Assembly (NCBI GenBank): GCA_965223505.1
Contig: CBDCWP010000013.1
Coordinates: 64,001-128,000 of the forward strand
Direction: 5' to 3'
Origin: Planctomycetota bacterium
GTDB lineage: Bacteria > Planctomycetota > PLA2 > JAEUHO01
DNA length: 64,000 bases
The position numbers were made by a program, and so were the translations under genes. Below are positions 19,399 through 29,914 of the stretch, piece by piece. Each line of letters begins with the position of its first letter. The stretch's first letter is position 1. The notes under the pieces are model-generated. The model had not been told where the DNA came from, made no database searches, and saw only the letters and a list, made by a program, of their open reading frames with translations.

Positions 19399-19878
19399 AT
19401 GCCCATTATACTTCGTGTGGTCTTGTTCATGTTGCTCGCTTGGGGGCTGTGGCGCCTCTACCTCGCCTTCTATCCCCCCGGTCCCCGCCCCCCGCGGCCC
19501 CGGCGCTCGGTGCGTAAGCAAGCGCGCGATGAATGGCAAGATGTTCTGGAGGCGATTGACGACTTGCCCGAAGCCGATGAGCCCGGCGCCCGCGCCCAGC
19601 GCGACGAGCAGGCGCTGCCGCCCCGGCGCGACCCGGCGGAGGAGGCTGGGGTTCAGGACGGCATCGAGTCGATCATGCTGCAAGAGGCGGAGATGGCGCT
19701 GTCCGTGGTGCGAGAGGGCGATGAGAACGAGCGCCTGGCCGCCTTTCACGAGATCACCATTTACGAAAAGCTCTGCGCCATGGCGGACGGTCACGTGAGC
19801 GCGGCGACGCGGCAAAAGATCGACGATATTCACCAGCGGGCCCTGGAGATGCTTGACCCGCTGGATGACGAGGATTAG
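19399..19878 (+). CDS. Hypothetical protein with N-terminal membrane anchor and acidic body
   Basis: GGAGGAG RBS; MPIILRVVLFMLLAWGLWRLY helix; fills the gap between neighbours. Confidence 0.7.
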   Translation: MPIILRVVLFMLLAWGLWRLYLAFYPPGPRPPRPRRSVRKQARDEWQDVLEAIDDLPEADEPGARAQRDEQALPPRRDPAEEAGVQDGIESIMLQEAEMALSVVREGDENERLAAFHEITIYEKLCAMADGHVSAATRQKIDDIHQRALEMLDPLDDED

Positions 19879-20762
19879 GGCGCCGTGACGCCGTAAGCCT
19901 TCTCCAATTCATACACATGGGGCAGGCCGAGCACGCCGGTGATCTCCTCGCGCGACGCCATGCGGCTGGGCGCGACCATGCCGGTGTCGCGCAACTCTTC
20001 ATAGGCGTCTTTGAGCGCCTTAAAGACCACGCCAATCGTCCCGCCGGTAATCATCACCTGAAAACCCATGCGCGCCGCCTCCGCCGTCGGCAGCAGCCCG
20101 CCGTTGTACAGCTTGGGCAAGTCCGGCAACGCTTTGGCGTAGGTTCTCAGATCGTCCTCGGTCTTAATGCCATCGACAAAGACCAAGTCCGCGCCCGCCT
20201 CGACATAAGCCCTACAGCGCTGAATGACGTCGTCCCAGCCGTTTACCGCCAGGGCGTCAGTGCGGGCGATGATGACGAAGTCCGGGTCTTGGCGCGCAGC
20301 GCAGGCGGCGCGAATCTTTTGCGCGTGCTCGTCAATGGGCACGACCAGTTTGCCTTCAAAAAAGCCACACTTTTTCGGGAACACTTGATCTTCGATGTGA
20401 CAGGCGGCGACGCCCGCGGCTTCGTATTCGCGCATGGTGCGCGTCACGTTGATGGCATTGCCGTAGCCGGTGTCGGCGTCGCAAATCAGCGGTAGACCCA
20501 CGGCGCTGGCGATGTAGCGGGCGTTTTGCGCCATCTCCGTGTGCGTCACCAATCCCACATCCGGGTAGCCGCGTTCGGCCGCCGTGCCGAAGCCAGTCAT
20601 GTACACGGCCTGAAAGCCGACGCTCTCGGCGATCAGGGCGTGACAGGCGTTGAGCACGAACGGGGCGGTGACCATGTCGCCGCTGCGCAGCATCTGGCGC
20701 AGCCGCGCGGTAGGGCGTTGGGTGCCGCCGTTGGGGTGCACGCCAAAGTTGTGGATCGTCAT
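19875..20762 (-). CDS. Isocitrate lyase/PEP mutase superfamily enzyme (methylisocitrate lyase / oxaloacetate hydrolase-like)
   Basis: YMTG, CDADTGYG, HIEDQVFPKKCGF, IIARTDA, AGADLVF. Confidence 0.92.
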   Translation of the reverse strand: MTIHNFGVHPNGGTQRPTARLRQMLRSGDMVTAPFVLNACHALIAESVGFQAVYMTGFGTAAERGYPDVGLVTHTEMAQNARYIASAVGLPLICDADTGYGNAINVTRTMREYEAAGVAACHIEDQVFPKKCGFFEGKLVVPIDEHAQKIRAACAARQDPDFVIIARTDALAVNGWDDVIQRCRAYVEAGADLVFVDGIKTEDDLRTYAKALPDLPKLYNGGLLPTAEAARMGFQVMITGGTIGVVFKALKDAYEELRDTGMVAPSRMASREEITGVLGLPHVYELEKAYGVTAP

Positions 20763-20908
20763 GGCGTCAGTCTCCTCTCTTGTATCTTGCTTGTATCCTG
20801 GGGCAAAGCGTGGCATGCTCTGCCCACGATTTTCGCATTGGTTTCATCACTTCCCACACGAGAACCCAGTATGGCGCAACGGACAACGCGTGTACAGCAG
20901 GAGACGGC

Positions 20909-22495
20909 ATGGCCACACCGATGACGCCAGCGCAGGCGTCGCAGCCCACTACGCTCCTCTCCCTGGACATGCAAGCGCCTTACTATAAGTGGCTGGTGGC
21001 CGGCGTGGTGCTCATGGCCGCCATGACGCAGACGTTTGCCGGCAACAGCGTCAATCTGGCGATTCCGCGGCTGATGAGCGCCTTTGGCGCCAATCTGGCC
21101 ACGGCGCAGTGGATCGCCACCGGTTTTTTAATTACGCGCACGCTGGTGGTGCCCATTCTAGGTTGGCTTGGCGGATTTTTGGGCAATCGCAACCTGTTTG
21201 TCACCTGTCTGGTCGGCTTTGTCCTGGCCTCGATCGGCTGCGGCATGGCCGCTAATCTCCCCATGCTCATTGTCTTTCGCCTCATGCAGGGCATGATGGT
21301 CGGCCCCATGGAAGGGCTCTCCGCCGTGCTTTTGGTGCAGGCATTCCCCCCGCAGCAGCGCGGCATGGCGCTAGGACTGCGCGCCATGGGTTCTTCCTTC
21401 GGCCATATCGTGTCATTCACCTTGGGCGGCTACATCCTGGAACAAATGTCGTGGCGTTTAATTTTCTTCCTCGGCGTGCCCACCGGTATTATCGCGGCGA
21501 TTCTCGGTTTGCTCATCCTGCCGCAGCGGCGCGAATTCCAGGGCATCCCGATCGATTACACCGGCCTGTTGTGCCTGGCGGGCTTTCTCGTGCCCCTGCT
21601 GCTGGCGATTAGCTTTGGCCGCGATGGCGCAACGGCGACATCGACTCTGGTGTGGCTAGCTGTCATCGCCACAACTGGCGGTGTTTTGTTCGTGGTGTGG
21701 GAACTGGTTACCGCCTATCCCGCGGTGAATCTGCGTTTGTTCCGCATACCCGCCTTTGATCTGGTGTGCAGCACGGCGTTTCTCAACAACATCGGGCTGT
21801 TCGGATCGCAGTTCATGATCCCGATCTTTTTGCAACAGGTGATGGGCTTCACCCCGCTGCAGGCTGGACTGGTCATCGTGCCAGCGATCATCGCCTCGGG
21901 CTTGAGCGGCGTCATTACCGGGCGCTTGAGCGACGTGCTGCCGCCGAGCGCCGTGGTGCTCGGCGCGACCGCCTTGCTGGTGACCGTCTTTTACGGCTTT
22001 TCTTCTGTCAGCACCCTCACGGCGGTCGGCGTCATTATGCTCTATATTACGGGATACCGCATCTGCATGTTCGCCACCAACACGCCGCTCACCAATCTCA
22101 ACGCCCGCATCCTGGGCAGCGACCGCATCCGCATGGGACAGGGCCTCATGGGCGTGACGCGCAACATCGGCGCCGGTCTCGGCGTCACCATCACCAGCGT
22201 GGTGTTTGAGCGCCGCCGCGTCGAGCATCAACTCCAAGCCTACGATCTCTACGACCACGCGGGCCCAGGTCACGACGCGCTGTGGCGCGATCTCCAGCAC
22301 ACCCTGCATGACGCGGGCATGGCTGGCGGCGCGGATCAGGCGGCCCTGGCCGCCATCCGCCGCCAGATGGACGTAGAGGCCATCGCGGCCGGTTTTCGCG
22401 ATAGCTTCCTGTTCATTGGCCTGTGCTTTTTCCTCTCCAGCCTGCCGATGATCTTGAGCCTCGTGCGGCGAGACCACGCCATTACATCGAGCTGA
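20909..22495 (+). CDS. DHA2-family MFS efflux transporter
   Basis: ~14 hydrophobic helices, LIVFRLMQG, FPPQQRGMALG, SWRLIFF, IPIFLQQVMG. Confidence 0.9.
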   Translation: MATPMTPAQASQPTTLLSLDMQAPYYKWLVAGVVLMAAMTQTFAGNSVNLAIPRLMSAFGANLATAQWIATGFLITRTLVVPILGWLGGFLGNRNLFVTCLVGFVLASIGCGMAANLPMLIVFRLMQGMMVGPMEGLSAVLLVQAFPPQQRGMALGLRAMGSSFGHIVSFTLGGYILEQMSWRLIFFLGVPTGIIAAILGLLILPQRREFQGIPIDYTGLLCLAGFLVPLLLAISFGRDGATATSTLVWLAVIATTGGVLFVVWELVTAYPAVNLRLFRIPAFDLVCSTAFLNNIGLFGSQFMIPIFLQQVMGFTPLQAGLVIVPAIIASGLSGVITGRLSDVLPPSAVVLGATALLVTVFYGFSSVSTLTAVGVIMLYITGYRICMFATNTPLTNLNARILGSDRIRMGQGLMGVTRNIGAGLGVTITSVVFERRRVEHQLQAYDLYDHAGPGHDALWRDLQHTLHDAGMAGGADQAALAAIRRQMDVEAIAAGFRDSFLFIGLCFFLSSLPMILSLVRRDHAITSS

Positions 22496-22600
22496 CGGGC
22501 TGATGCCTTGCGGCGCCAACTATGTCATACTCCCCGCTTGAAATCGCCGAGCGCCAAAGCGGCGCATGGGTAACATTGGCCAGCAAGGGAAGGGCGCCTC

Positions 22601-24253
22601 ATGGAAAACTACTACGATTTGGGCAACTACCACCGGACGGTATCGACCACATCCGCCGAGGCCCAGCTCTGGTTCGATCGCGGCCTGATCTGGTGTTACG
22701 GCTTTCACCACGAGGAAGCCGTCAACTGCTTCGAGCGCGCCGCCGCCATCGACCCGGCTTGCGCTATGGCCTACTGGGGCATCGCCTACGCCATTGGCCC
22801 CAATTACAATAAGCCCTGGGAAGCCTTTACCGAGATTGATCTGACGCAGTCGCTCGACCGCGCCTACAACGCCACGCAAATGGCGCTGGCCCGCCTCGAC
22901 GGCGCCTCGGCGGCCGAGCAAGCGCTGATCCGCGCCCTGACGCACCGCTACCCGGCGTCGACGCTTGGCGACAACGGCGGCGTCTGGAACGACGCCTACG
23001 CCAACGCCATGCGCGAGGCGTATCAGGCATTTCCAGACGATTTGGACGTCTGCTCGCTATACGCCGAAGCCCTGATGAACCGCACCGCCTGGGCGCTTTG
23101 GGATCTAAAGAGCGGCGAACCGGCCGACGGGGCCGACACGCTAGAGGCCGCCGAGGCGTTGGAGAAAGCGATGGCGCAAGACGGCGGCGAGGCGCATCCG
23201 GGCCTGTTGCACATGTACATCCACCTGATGGAGATGTCGCCCCACCCGGAGCGCGCCCTGCGCGCCGCCGACGCCCTGCGCGATTTGGTTCCGGATGCGG
23301 GGCATTTGCAGCACATGGCCACGCACATTGACGTGCTCTGCGGCCACTATCGGAATGTAGTCGCCTCCAACGCCCGCGCCATCGCCGCGGACCGCAAGTT
23401 TCTCGACCGCGAAGGCGCGATCAATTTCTACTCGCTGTACCGCTGCCACAACTACCATTTCAAGCTCTACGGCGCCATGTTCATCGGCCAGTACCAAACC
23501 GCCTTGCAGGCGGCGCAGGAGATGGTCGCGACCCTTCCCGATGAACTGCTGCTGGTGGAGACGCCGCCCATGGCCGACTGGCTGGAGGGCTTTGTGCCCA
23601 TGCTGCAGCACGTCCTCATACGATTTGGCAAGTGGCGAGAGATCATCGATCAACCCCTGCCGCAAAACCCCGATTTGTTCTGCGTCACCACGGCCATGAT
23701 CCACTACGCCAAGGCGATTGCCTACGCCACCACCGGCGACATCGCTGCCGCGGAGGCCGAGCAGCAGCGCTTTGACGCCGCGGTGCAGCGCGTCCCGGAC
23801 ACGCGCTATGTGTTCAACAACACCTGTCTCGATATCCTGGCGGTGGCGGGGGAGATGATGCGCGGCGAGCTGGAATATCGCAAGGGCAATTATGACGCGG
23901 CGTTTGCGCACCTGCGCCAATCGGTAGAACTCGACGACAACCTGCCCTATGACGAGCCCTGGGCCTGGATGCAGCCGACGCGCCACGCGCTGGGCGCCTT
24001 GCTGCTCGAACAGGGCCGCGTGGAGGAAGCCGAGGCGGTGTACCGGGCGGATTTGGGCCTGGATGACACGCTGAGTCGCGCCTGTCAGCACCCGGATAAT
24101 GTCTGGAGCCTGCACGGCTTTCACGAATGCCTGCTGCGGCTCGGCAAAACGGACGAGGCCCGGATGGTCAAGCTGCGCCTCGATTTGGCTGCGGCGCGCG
24201 CCGACGTCCCGATACAGGCATCATGCTATTGCCGCTTGCATCACGCCGCCTAG
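22601..24253 (+). CDS. TPR-containing conserved hypothetical protein with His clusters
   Basis: AQLWFDRGL..YGFHHEEA, DPACAMAYWG, HPGLLHMYIHLME, GHLQHMATHID, YDEP. Confidence 0.88.
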   Translation: MENYYDLGNYHRTVSTTSAEAQLWFDRGLIWCYGFHHEEAVNCFERAAAIDPACAMAYWGIAYAIGPNYNKPWEAFTEIDLTQSLDRAYNATQMALARLDGASAAEQALIRALTHRYPASTLGDNGGVWNDAYANAMREAYQAFPDDLDVCSLYAEALMNRTAWALWDLKSGEPADGADTLEAAEALEKAMAQDGGEAHPGLLHMYIHLMEMSPHPERALRAADALRDLVPDAGHLQHMATHIDVLCGHYRNVVASNARAIAADRKFLDREGAINFYSLYRCHNYHFKLYGAMFIGQYQTALQAAQEMVATLPDELLLVETPPMADWLEGFVPMLQHVLIRFGKWREIIDQPLPQNPDLFCVTTAMIHYAKAIAYATTGDIAAAEAEQQRFDAAVQRVPDTRYVFNNTCLDILAVAGEMMRGELEYRKGNYDAAFAHLRQSVELDDNLPYDEPWAWMQPTRHALGALLLEQGRVEEAEAVYRADLGLDDTLSRACQHPDNVWSLHGFHECLLRLGKTDEARMVKLRLDLAAARADVPIQASCYCRLHHAA

Positions 24254-24387
24254 CCACAGCGATACGCAGTAATAGACCTAATGCATTTGCGCTCGCGTTT
24301 CAAGGCGTTGTCGTGTATGGTGGTCATCCTGCAGGAACGTAAGAGGCAAAGGCATAATGATGTAATGACGTAATGAAAGGAGTCTTG

Positions 24388-25923
24388 ATGAAAAAGACAC
24401 ACCGCATGATGTTGTTGCTCGTGGCGGCGGCGCTGCTGGTAATGCCGCTCGGGGCGGCGGCGGAGCGAGGCCCTGACGAACTCGTGTTCGCCTTCCACGT
24501 GACCATCTCGCCGGCCTGGTTCGACCCGGCCAACACCCCGGCGCAAATCACGCCCTACGGCATTTTGATGACCATGCACGACGCCTTGGTGCGCCCCTAT
24601 CCGGGCGAGCGCAGCGGCCCGGCCCTGGCCGAATCCTGGACAGAGAGCGAGGACGGCCTGACCTATGAGTTCAAGTTGCGGCCCAACATTACGTTTCACA
24701 ATGGCGCGCCGGTGACGGCGACGGATGTCGAGTTCAGCTACCAGCGCTACAAAGGCTCCGGCGCCAGCGTGCTGAAGGACCGCGTGAAGCGTGTCGAGGT
24801 GGTGGATGAGCGCACCATTCGCTTTCACCTGGGTGAGCCGTGGCCGGATTTCATGACGTTTTACGGCACCACTGCGACGTCCGCTGGTTTTGTCGTGCCC
24901 AAGGCCTATGTGGAGGAAGTGGGCGAAGACGGCTTCAAAGCGCATCCGATTGGGGCTGGCCCCTTCAAGTTCGTGAGCCACACGCCCGGCGTCGAGCTGG
25001 TGCTGGAAGCATTTGAGGGGCACTGGCGAAAAGTGTCCAACATCAAAAAGCTGACCATTAAAAGCGTGCCGGACGGCGACACGCGGCTGGCGATGCTGAA
25101 AAAGGGCGAGACCGATTACGCCATCGCGCTCTCCGGTTTAGTGGCGGAGGAAGTGAAGCGCGATCCGGAGCTGCAGCTCGTGGAGACGCGGCACGCCTCG
25201 ATTTTTTGGATTGAATTTCCCGAGCAGTGGGATAAAGACTCGGTGTGGTCCGACCTGCGCGTGCGCCAGGCGGTGAACCACGCCCTCGACCGCGAGGCCA
25301 TTAACGATGCGGCCTGCCTGGGCTTTTGCCCGCCGGCCGGGGTCATCGTGCCGCGGGTGATGGATTACGCCCTACAGACCGAGCCCGTCGCCTACGACCC
25401 GGAAAAAGCGAAAAAATTGCTGGCCGAGGCGGGCTATCCCAAGGGCTTTGACGCCGGGGAATTGGTGCCCATCCCGCCCTTTTTTGTCGTTGGCGAGGCG
25501 GTGGTCAATTACCTCAACGCCGTGGGCATTCGGGTGAAAATGCGCACCATGGAGCGCGCGGCCTTCTACGCCGCCTGGCGGGAGAAAAAGCTCAAGGGAC
25601 TATTCGTCACCGGCGCCGGCGCCTCGGGCAATGCGGCGACGCGCGTGGAGGCGTTCATCTATTCCAAAGGCGCGTATCCGACGGGCGGCTATGACGACAT
25701 TGATGAGTTGTTCTTGAAGCAGGCGCAAGAACGCGATAAAGCCAAGCGCGAAGCCATGTTGCACGAGATTCAGCAGCTCAGCAAAGACCGGGCAATGTTT
25801 GCGCCCATCATGGACCTGCGGGCGCTGATCGGCGTTGGGCCGCGCGTCGTCGAGCACCAAATTCACTCGACCCCGCTGCACCCGTTTCCCGCCTATGAGG
25901 ACATCGTGCTCAAGGGCCAGTAG
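24388..25923 (+). CDS. ABC transporter substrate-binding protein, family 5
   Basis: Signal peptide; PALAESWTESEDGLTYEFKLR, PIGAGPF, VRQAVNHALDR. Confidence 0.93.
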   Translation: MKKTHRMMLLLVAAALLVMPLGAAAERGPDELVFAFHVTISPAWFDPANTPAQITPYGILMTMHDALVRPYPGERSGPALAESWTESEDGLTYEFKLRPNITFHNGAPVTATDVEFSYQRYKGSGASVLKDRVKRVEVVDERTIRFHLGEPWPDFMTFYGTTATSAGFVVPKAYVEEVGEDGFKAHPIGAGPFKFVSHTPGVELVLEAFEGHWRKVSNIKKLTIKSVPDGDTRLAMLKKGETDYAIALSGLVAEEVKRDPELQLVETRHASIFWIEFPEQWDKDSVWSDLRVRQAVNHALDREAINDAACLGFCPPAGVIVPRVMDYALQTEPVAYDPEKAKKLLAEAGYPKGFDAGELVPIPPFFVVGEAVVNYLNAVGIRVKMRTMERAAFYAAWREKKLKGLFVTGAGASGNAATRVEAFIYSKGAYPTGGYDDIDELFLKQAQERDKAKREAMLHEIQQLSKDRAMFAPIMDLRALIGVGPRVVEHQIHSTPLHPFPAYEDIVLKGQ

Positions 25924-25939
25924 ACGTTCGTGTAGGCCG

Positions 25940-26908
25940 CTAGTAGAGGTGGCACGCCACCTCTTGCCCGTCGTCTCGCCGTTGCAACACGGGTTCTTCC
26001 TGTGAGCAGATGGGCTTGGCGAACGGGCAACGCGGATGAAAGCGGCAGCCGGAGGGGGGATTGATCGGGCTGGGGATTTCGCCCTCGATAATCACCTCTT
26101 CGCGCTGATCATCCGGATGTCCCGGCAGGGCGGCCGAAAACAGCGCCTGGGTGTAGGGGTGCAGAGGAGCCGTGCGCAAAGCGTGGCTGCTGCCCATCTC
26201 GACGATTTTGCCCAGGTACATCACGGCGATGCTGGTGCTCAGATGCAGCACCGCCGCCAGGTCGTGGGCGATGAGCAGATAGCTGAGGCCGAACTCTTCC
26301 TGTAAATCCTGCAGCAAATTCATAATCTGCGCGCGAATCGACACGTCGAGCGCCGAGACCGGTTCGTCCAAAATAATCAAGCTCGGGCGCAGCGCCAAGG
26401 CGCGCGCGATGGCAATGCGCTGCCGCTGGCCGCCGCTGAACTCGTGCGGAAACAAGTCGCCCGAGCGATGGCTGAGGCCCACCAGGTCCAACAATTGCCG
26501 CAGGCGATCGTCGATTTCCGCCTTGGACATCTCCGTGTTGACCAGCAACGGCTCAGTAATCAGGCGGCCAACGCGCATGCGCGGGTTGAGCGAGCTGTAG
26601 GGGTCTTGAAACACGGCTTGCACGCCGCGCCGATAGTCGCGCAGCCCCTTGCCCGCCAGGTGATGAATCCGCTCGCCCTGAAACAAAATCGCGCCGCTCG
26701 TCGGCTGCTCCAGCATCAGAATCATCTTCGCCGTGGTGGACTTGCCGCAACCCGACTCCCCCACCAGGCCCAGGGTTTCCCCTGCGCCCAGGCGATACGA
26801 CACGCCGTCCACCGCTTTCACCGCGCCCACGGTTTCCTGAAACAACAGACCCTGCGTGATCGGGAAATGTTTGGTCAGATTTTGCAGTTCAAGCAAAGTC
26901 TCGCTCAT
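25940..26908 (-). CDS. Peptide/nickel ABC transporter ATP-binding protein (DppF/OppF-like)
   Basis: GESGCGKS, FSGGQRQR, ILDEP, PSGCRFHPRC. Confidence 0.95.
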   Translation of the reverse strand: MSETLLELQNLTKHFPITQGLLFQETVGAVKAVDGVSYRLGAGETLGLVGESGCGKSTTAKMILMLEQPTSGAILFQGERIHHLAGKGLRDYRRGVQAVFQDPYSSLNPRMRVGRLITEPLLVNTEMSKAEIDDRLRQLLDLVGLSHRSGDLFPHEFSGGQRQRIAIARALALRPSLIILDEPVSALDVSIRAQIMNLLQDLQEEFGLSYLLIAHDLAAVLHLSTSIAVMYLGKIVEMGSSHALRTAPLHPYTQALFSAALPGHPDDQREEVIIEGEIPSPINPPSGCRFHPRCPFAKPICSQEEPVLQRRDDGQEVACHLY

Positions 26909-27882
26909 GCTTTCTCCTGGAGCCAGCAGCGGGCGTAGTGGTTCGGCCCCAGGCGGAATTCCGGCGGGGTTTCATGGCGGCAGCGCTCCTCGGCCACCGG
27001 GCAACGCGGGCTAAACGGGCAGCCGGGCGGAATCGCCGACAGGTCCGGCGGCTGGCCCTCGATGCTCCACAGGCGATCGGTGCTCGTGTTGAGCCGCGGC
27101 ACGGCCTTGAGCAGGGCTTCCGTGTACGGGTGCTTGGGTTCTCGAAACAGCGTGCGCATGGGGGCGCGCTCGACCAATTTACCGGCGTACATCACCGCCA
27201 CGTAGTCGCACATTTTGGCCACGATGCCAATGTCGTGGGTGATGAACATCATGGCCAGGCCGACGCGCTGTTGAATGTCTTTGAGCAGGCGTAAATACTG
27301 AGCTTGAATGGTGACGTCGAGACTCGTCGTCGGCTCATCGGCGATGAGCAAACTCGGCTCGCACGAAATACCGATCGCCCCCACGATGCGCTGCCGCATA
27401 CCGCCGCTCATCTGGTGCGGATAGTCGCGCAAGCGCGCCTCGGGCGAGGGAATGCGCACGCCGTTAAGCAGCTCTTTGAGGCGGTTGAACAGGCCCGAGC
27501 CCCGCATGCCGCGATGCACTCGCAAGGGCTCGGCGATTTGTTCGCCAATGGTAAACAGGGGGTTGAGCGACATCATCGGGTCTTGCAAGATCATGGCGAT
27601 ATCGCTGCCCCGAATGCGCTGCATCTCCTGATCCGTTTTACCCAGTAAATCCTCGCCGGCAAAGCGAATTTCGCCGCCCACGATGCGGCCCGCCGTTGGC
27701 AGCAAGCGCAAGATGGAGAGCGAGGTCATCGTTTTGCCGCTGCCGGATTCGCCCACGATGCCCATGGTCTCGCCCTTGCCCAGGGTGAAGCTGACCCCGT
27801 CGACCGCCTTCACCACCCGCTCGCCGCGGTTGGAAAACAGGTGCATCTGCAAATTGTTCACCGCCAACAGGGGTTCCGCCAC
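26905..27882 (-). CDS. Peptide/nickel ABC transporter ATP-binding protein (DppD/OppD-like)
   Basis: GESGSGKT, MSGGMRQR, IADEPT, GCPFSPRC; GTG start. Confidence 0.95.
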   Translation of the reverse strand: MAEPLLAVNNLQMHLFSNRGERVVKAVDGVSFTLGKGETMGIVGESGSGKTMTSLSILRLLPTAGRIVGGEIRFAGEDLLGKTDQEMQRIRGSDIAMILQDPMMSLNPLFTIGEQIAEPLRVHRGMRGSGLFNRLKELLNGVRIPSPEARLRDYPHQMSGGMRQRIVGAIGISCEPSLLIADEPTTSLDVTIQAQYLRLLKDIQQRVGLAMMFITHDIGIVAKMCDYVAVMYAGKLVERAPMRTLFREPKHPYTEALLKAVPRLNTSTDRLWSIEGQPPDLSAIPPGCPFSPRCPVAEERCRHETPPEFRLGPNHYARCWLQEKA

Positions 27883-27899
27883 ACTTTATCCTTTACCAT

Positions 27900-28817
27900 T
27901 TACAGCTGTCGCAATTGGGGATCGGACCAGACGCGAAACCAGTCGCCGAGCAAGTTGGCGGCCAGCACCACAAGCATGATGCAGACGCCCGGAAAAATAC
28001 TCAGCCACCAAAAGCCGGTCATCAGCCCGGACTTGCCCTCGTAGAGCATCAAGCCCCAGGCCGGCTGCGGCGGCGCTACGCCGACGCCGAGAAAGCTCAA
28101 CGTCGCCTCGGCGATAATCACCACGCCAAACTGCAGCGTCGCCATGACGATGGCGCTATTAGCGATATTGGGCAGGATGTGCGTCAACATAATGCGTGAA
28201 TGGCTGCACCCCCCAACGATGGCGAGGCGCACGTAATCGCGCTCTTTTAAACTCAGCACCTCGCCGCGAATGACGCGGGCGTATCGCGTCCAATAGACCG
28301 CCGCCAGAATCACCACCAAATTCCATTCGCTCGGCCGCAACAGGGCCGCCAGGAGAATCGCGAAACTGATGGTGGGCAAGGCCATCCAGGCGTCCGTCAA
28401 ACGCATCACCACCTGATCGATCCAGCCGCCGCGGTAGCCCGAGAGAATGCCGAAGGTCGTGCCGATGACACCCGCCAACAGCACCGCGGAGGTCGCCACA
28501 ATGAGCGAAATGCGCGAGCCGTGAATGATGCGGCTGAGCACATCGCGGCCCATGTGGTCGGTGCCCAGCACGAAATCCGGATTGCCGCGCTCGGCCCAAA
28601 TCGGCGGGCGATAGCGCGCCCGGAGATTGCCCAGAGTGGGATCATGCGGCGCCAGCAAGTCGGCGAACAACGCTGTGAACACGAGCAAGAACAAAATGAT
28701 CAGGGGAAACAACGGCGCGTCCGACAGCGAGCGGCGCAGCGTCGACGACCAAGAGGGCCGCTCGGCGACGGCGCGGTCAGGGGACGCCATGACGGCGGTA
28801 GAGCTACTACTGTCCAT
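27900..28817 (-). CDS. Peptide/nickel ABC transporter permease (DppC-like)
   Basis: LGTDHMGRDVLSRIIHGSRISL, HILPN, EATLSFLGVG, PAWG. Confidence 0.95.
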   Translation of the reverse strand: MDSSSSTAVMASPDRAVAERPSWSSTLRRSLSDAPLFPLIILFLLVFTALFADLLAPHDPTLGNLRARYRPPIWAERGNPDFVLGTDHMGRDVLSRIIHGSRISLIVATSAVLLAGVIGTTFGILSGYRGGWIDQVVMRLTDAWMALPTISFAILLAALLRPSEWNLVVILAAVYWTRYARVIRGEVLSLKERDYVRLAIVGGCSHSRIMLTHILPNIANSAIVMATLQFGVVIIAEATLSFLGVGVAPPQPAWGLMLYEGKSGLMTGFWWLSIFPGVCIMLVVLAANLLGDWFRVWSDPQLRQL

Positions 28818-29727
28818 AGCGAATCCTCGGATCGATGTAGGCGTACAGGATATCGACGAGCAGATTGACCACGACGATCATCACACCGCCCATCAGGACG
28901 GTGGTCTGCACCAGGGGAAAATCGCGGCTGGAAATGCCTTCGTAGAGCAGGCGGCCAATGCCAGGCCAGGCGAAAACCGACTCCACTACGACCGCCGCGT
29001 TCATCATGATGACCAGATTAATCCCAGCGAGCGTCAGTACGGGAATCAAGGCGTTTTTAAAGGCGTGTTTGATGATGACCAGCTTTTCCGGTAGCCCCTT
29101 GAGGCGGGCGAGCTTGACGTATTCGCTGCCCATCACTTCGAGCATGGCGGAGCGCGCCATGCGGGTGTGCGCGGCGGAAAAGACCCAGCCCAGGGAAAAG
29201 GCCGGCATAATAATGTGCCAAAACGTGCCGCTGCCCGAACTCGGCAGCCAGCGAAAGGTGACGGAAAAGATCATGATTAACAACAGGCCGACCCAAAAAC
29301 TCGGCAGCGATAGGCCCATGATGGAGAAGGTTTTGCTGATGGAATCGATCCAGCTATCGACGCGCACGGCGGAGAGAATGCCGATCGGGATGCCGATCAC
29401 CAGCGAGATGGACATGGCGACGGCGGTGAGCCACAGGGAAGCCGGCAAGCGTTGTAAATAGAGGTCGAAAGCGGGTTGGCGATAGTAGATGGACTTGCCG
29501 AAATCGCCGCGCACCATGTTGGCGACAAACACACCGTACTGCACGGGCAGGGACTTATCCAGGCCGAATTCCTTGCGAATCGCCTGCAGATCGGCGTCGG
29601 AGGCGCCGGGTTCGACCATCAAGATGGCCGGGTCGCCGGTAAAGCGAATGAGACAGAAAATGGTGATGCTGAGAATGACCAGGGAAATGAGCGCGTAAAA
29701 GACCCGCTGTAAGATGTAGCGTTGCAT
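28807..29727 (-). CDS. Peptide/nickel ABC transporter permease (DppB-like)
   Basis: GDP, GLDKSL, GDFGKS, ARLKGL, KHAFKNALIP, VESVFAWPGIG. Confidence 0.95.
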   Translation of the reverse strand: MQRYILQRVFYALISLVILSITIFCLIRFTGDPAILMVEPGASDADLQAIRKEFGLDKSLPVQYGVFVANMVRGDFGKSIYYRQPAFDLYLQRLPASLWLTAVAMSISLVIGIPIGILSAVRVDSWIDSISKTFSIMGLSLPSFWVGLLLIMIFSVTFRWLPSSGSGTFWHIIMPAFSLGWVFSAAHTRMARSAMLEVMGSEYVKLARLKGLPEKLVIIKHAFKNALIPVLTLAGINLVIMMNAAVVVESVFAWPGIGRLLYEGISSRDFPLVQTTVLMGGVMIVVVNLLVDILYAYIDPRIRYGQ

Positions 29728-29914
29728 AACTGCCTCTCGCTCTGACGACATGTCGCAGACGAAAACGCAAATTGGGTATGGCGGCGGTCAGCATAGCGCG
29801 TTGGGCGGGGATTTGCAAGCGCCAGTTTGGCGTTGACGGCGGCGGCGGCGGAACGCGATAATAGGCCGCGAGGTATGAGTGAAATGCGCTTTGTTTTGTA
29901 GAGAGGCGTCAGCG

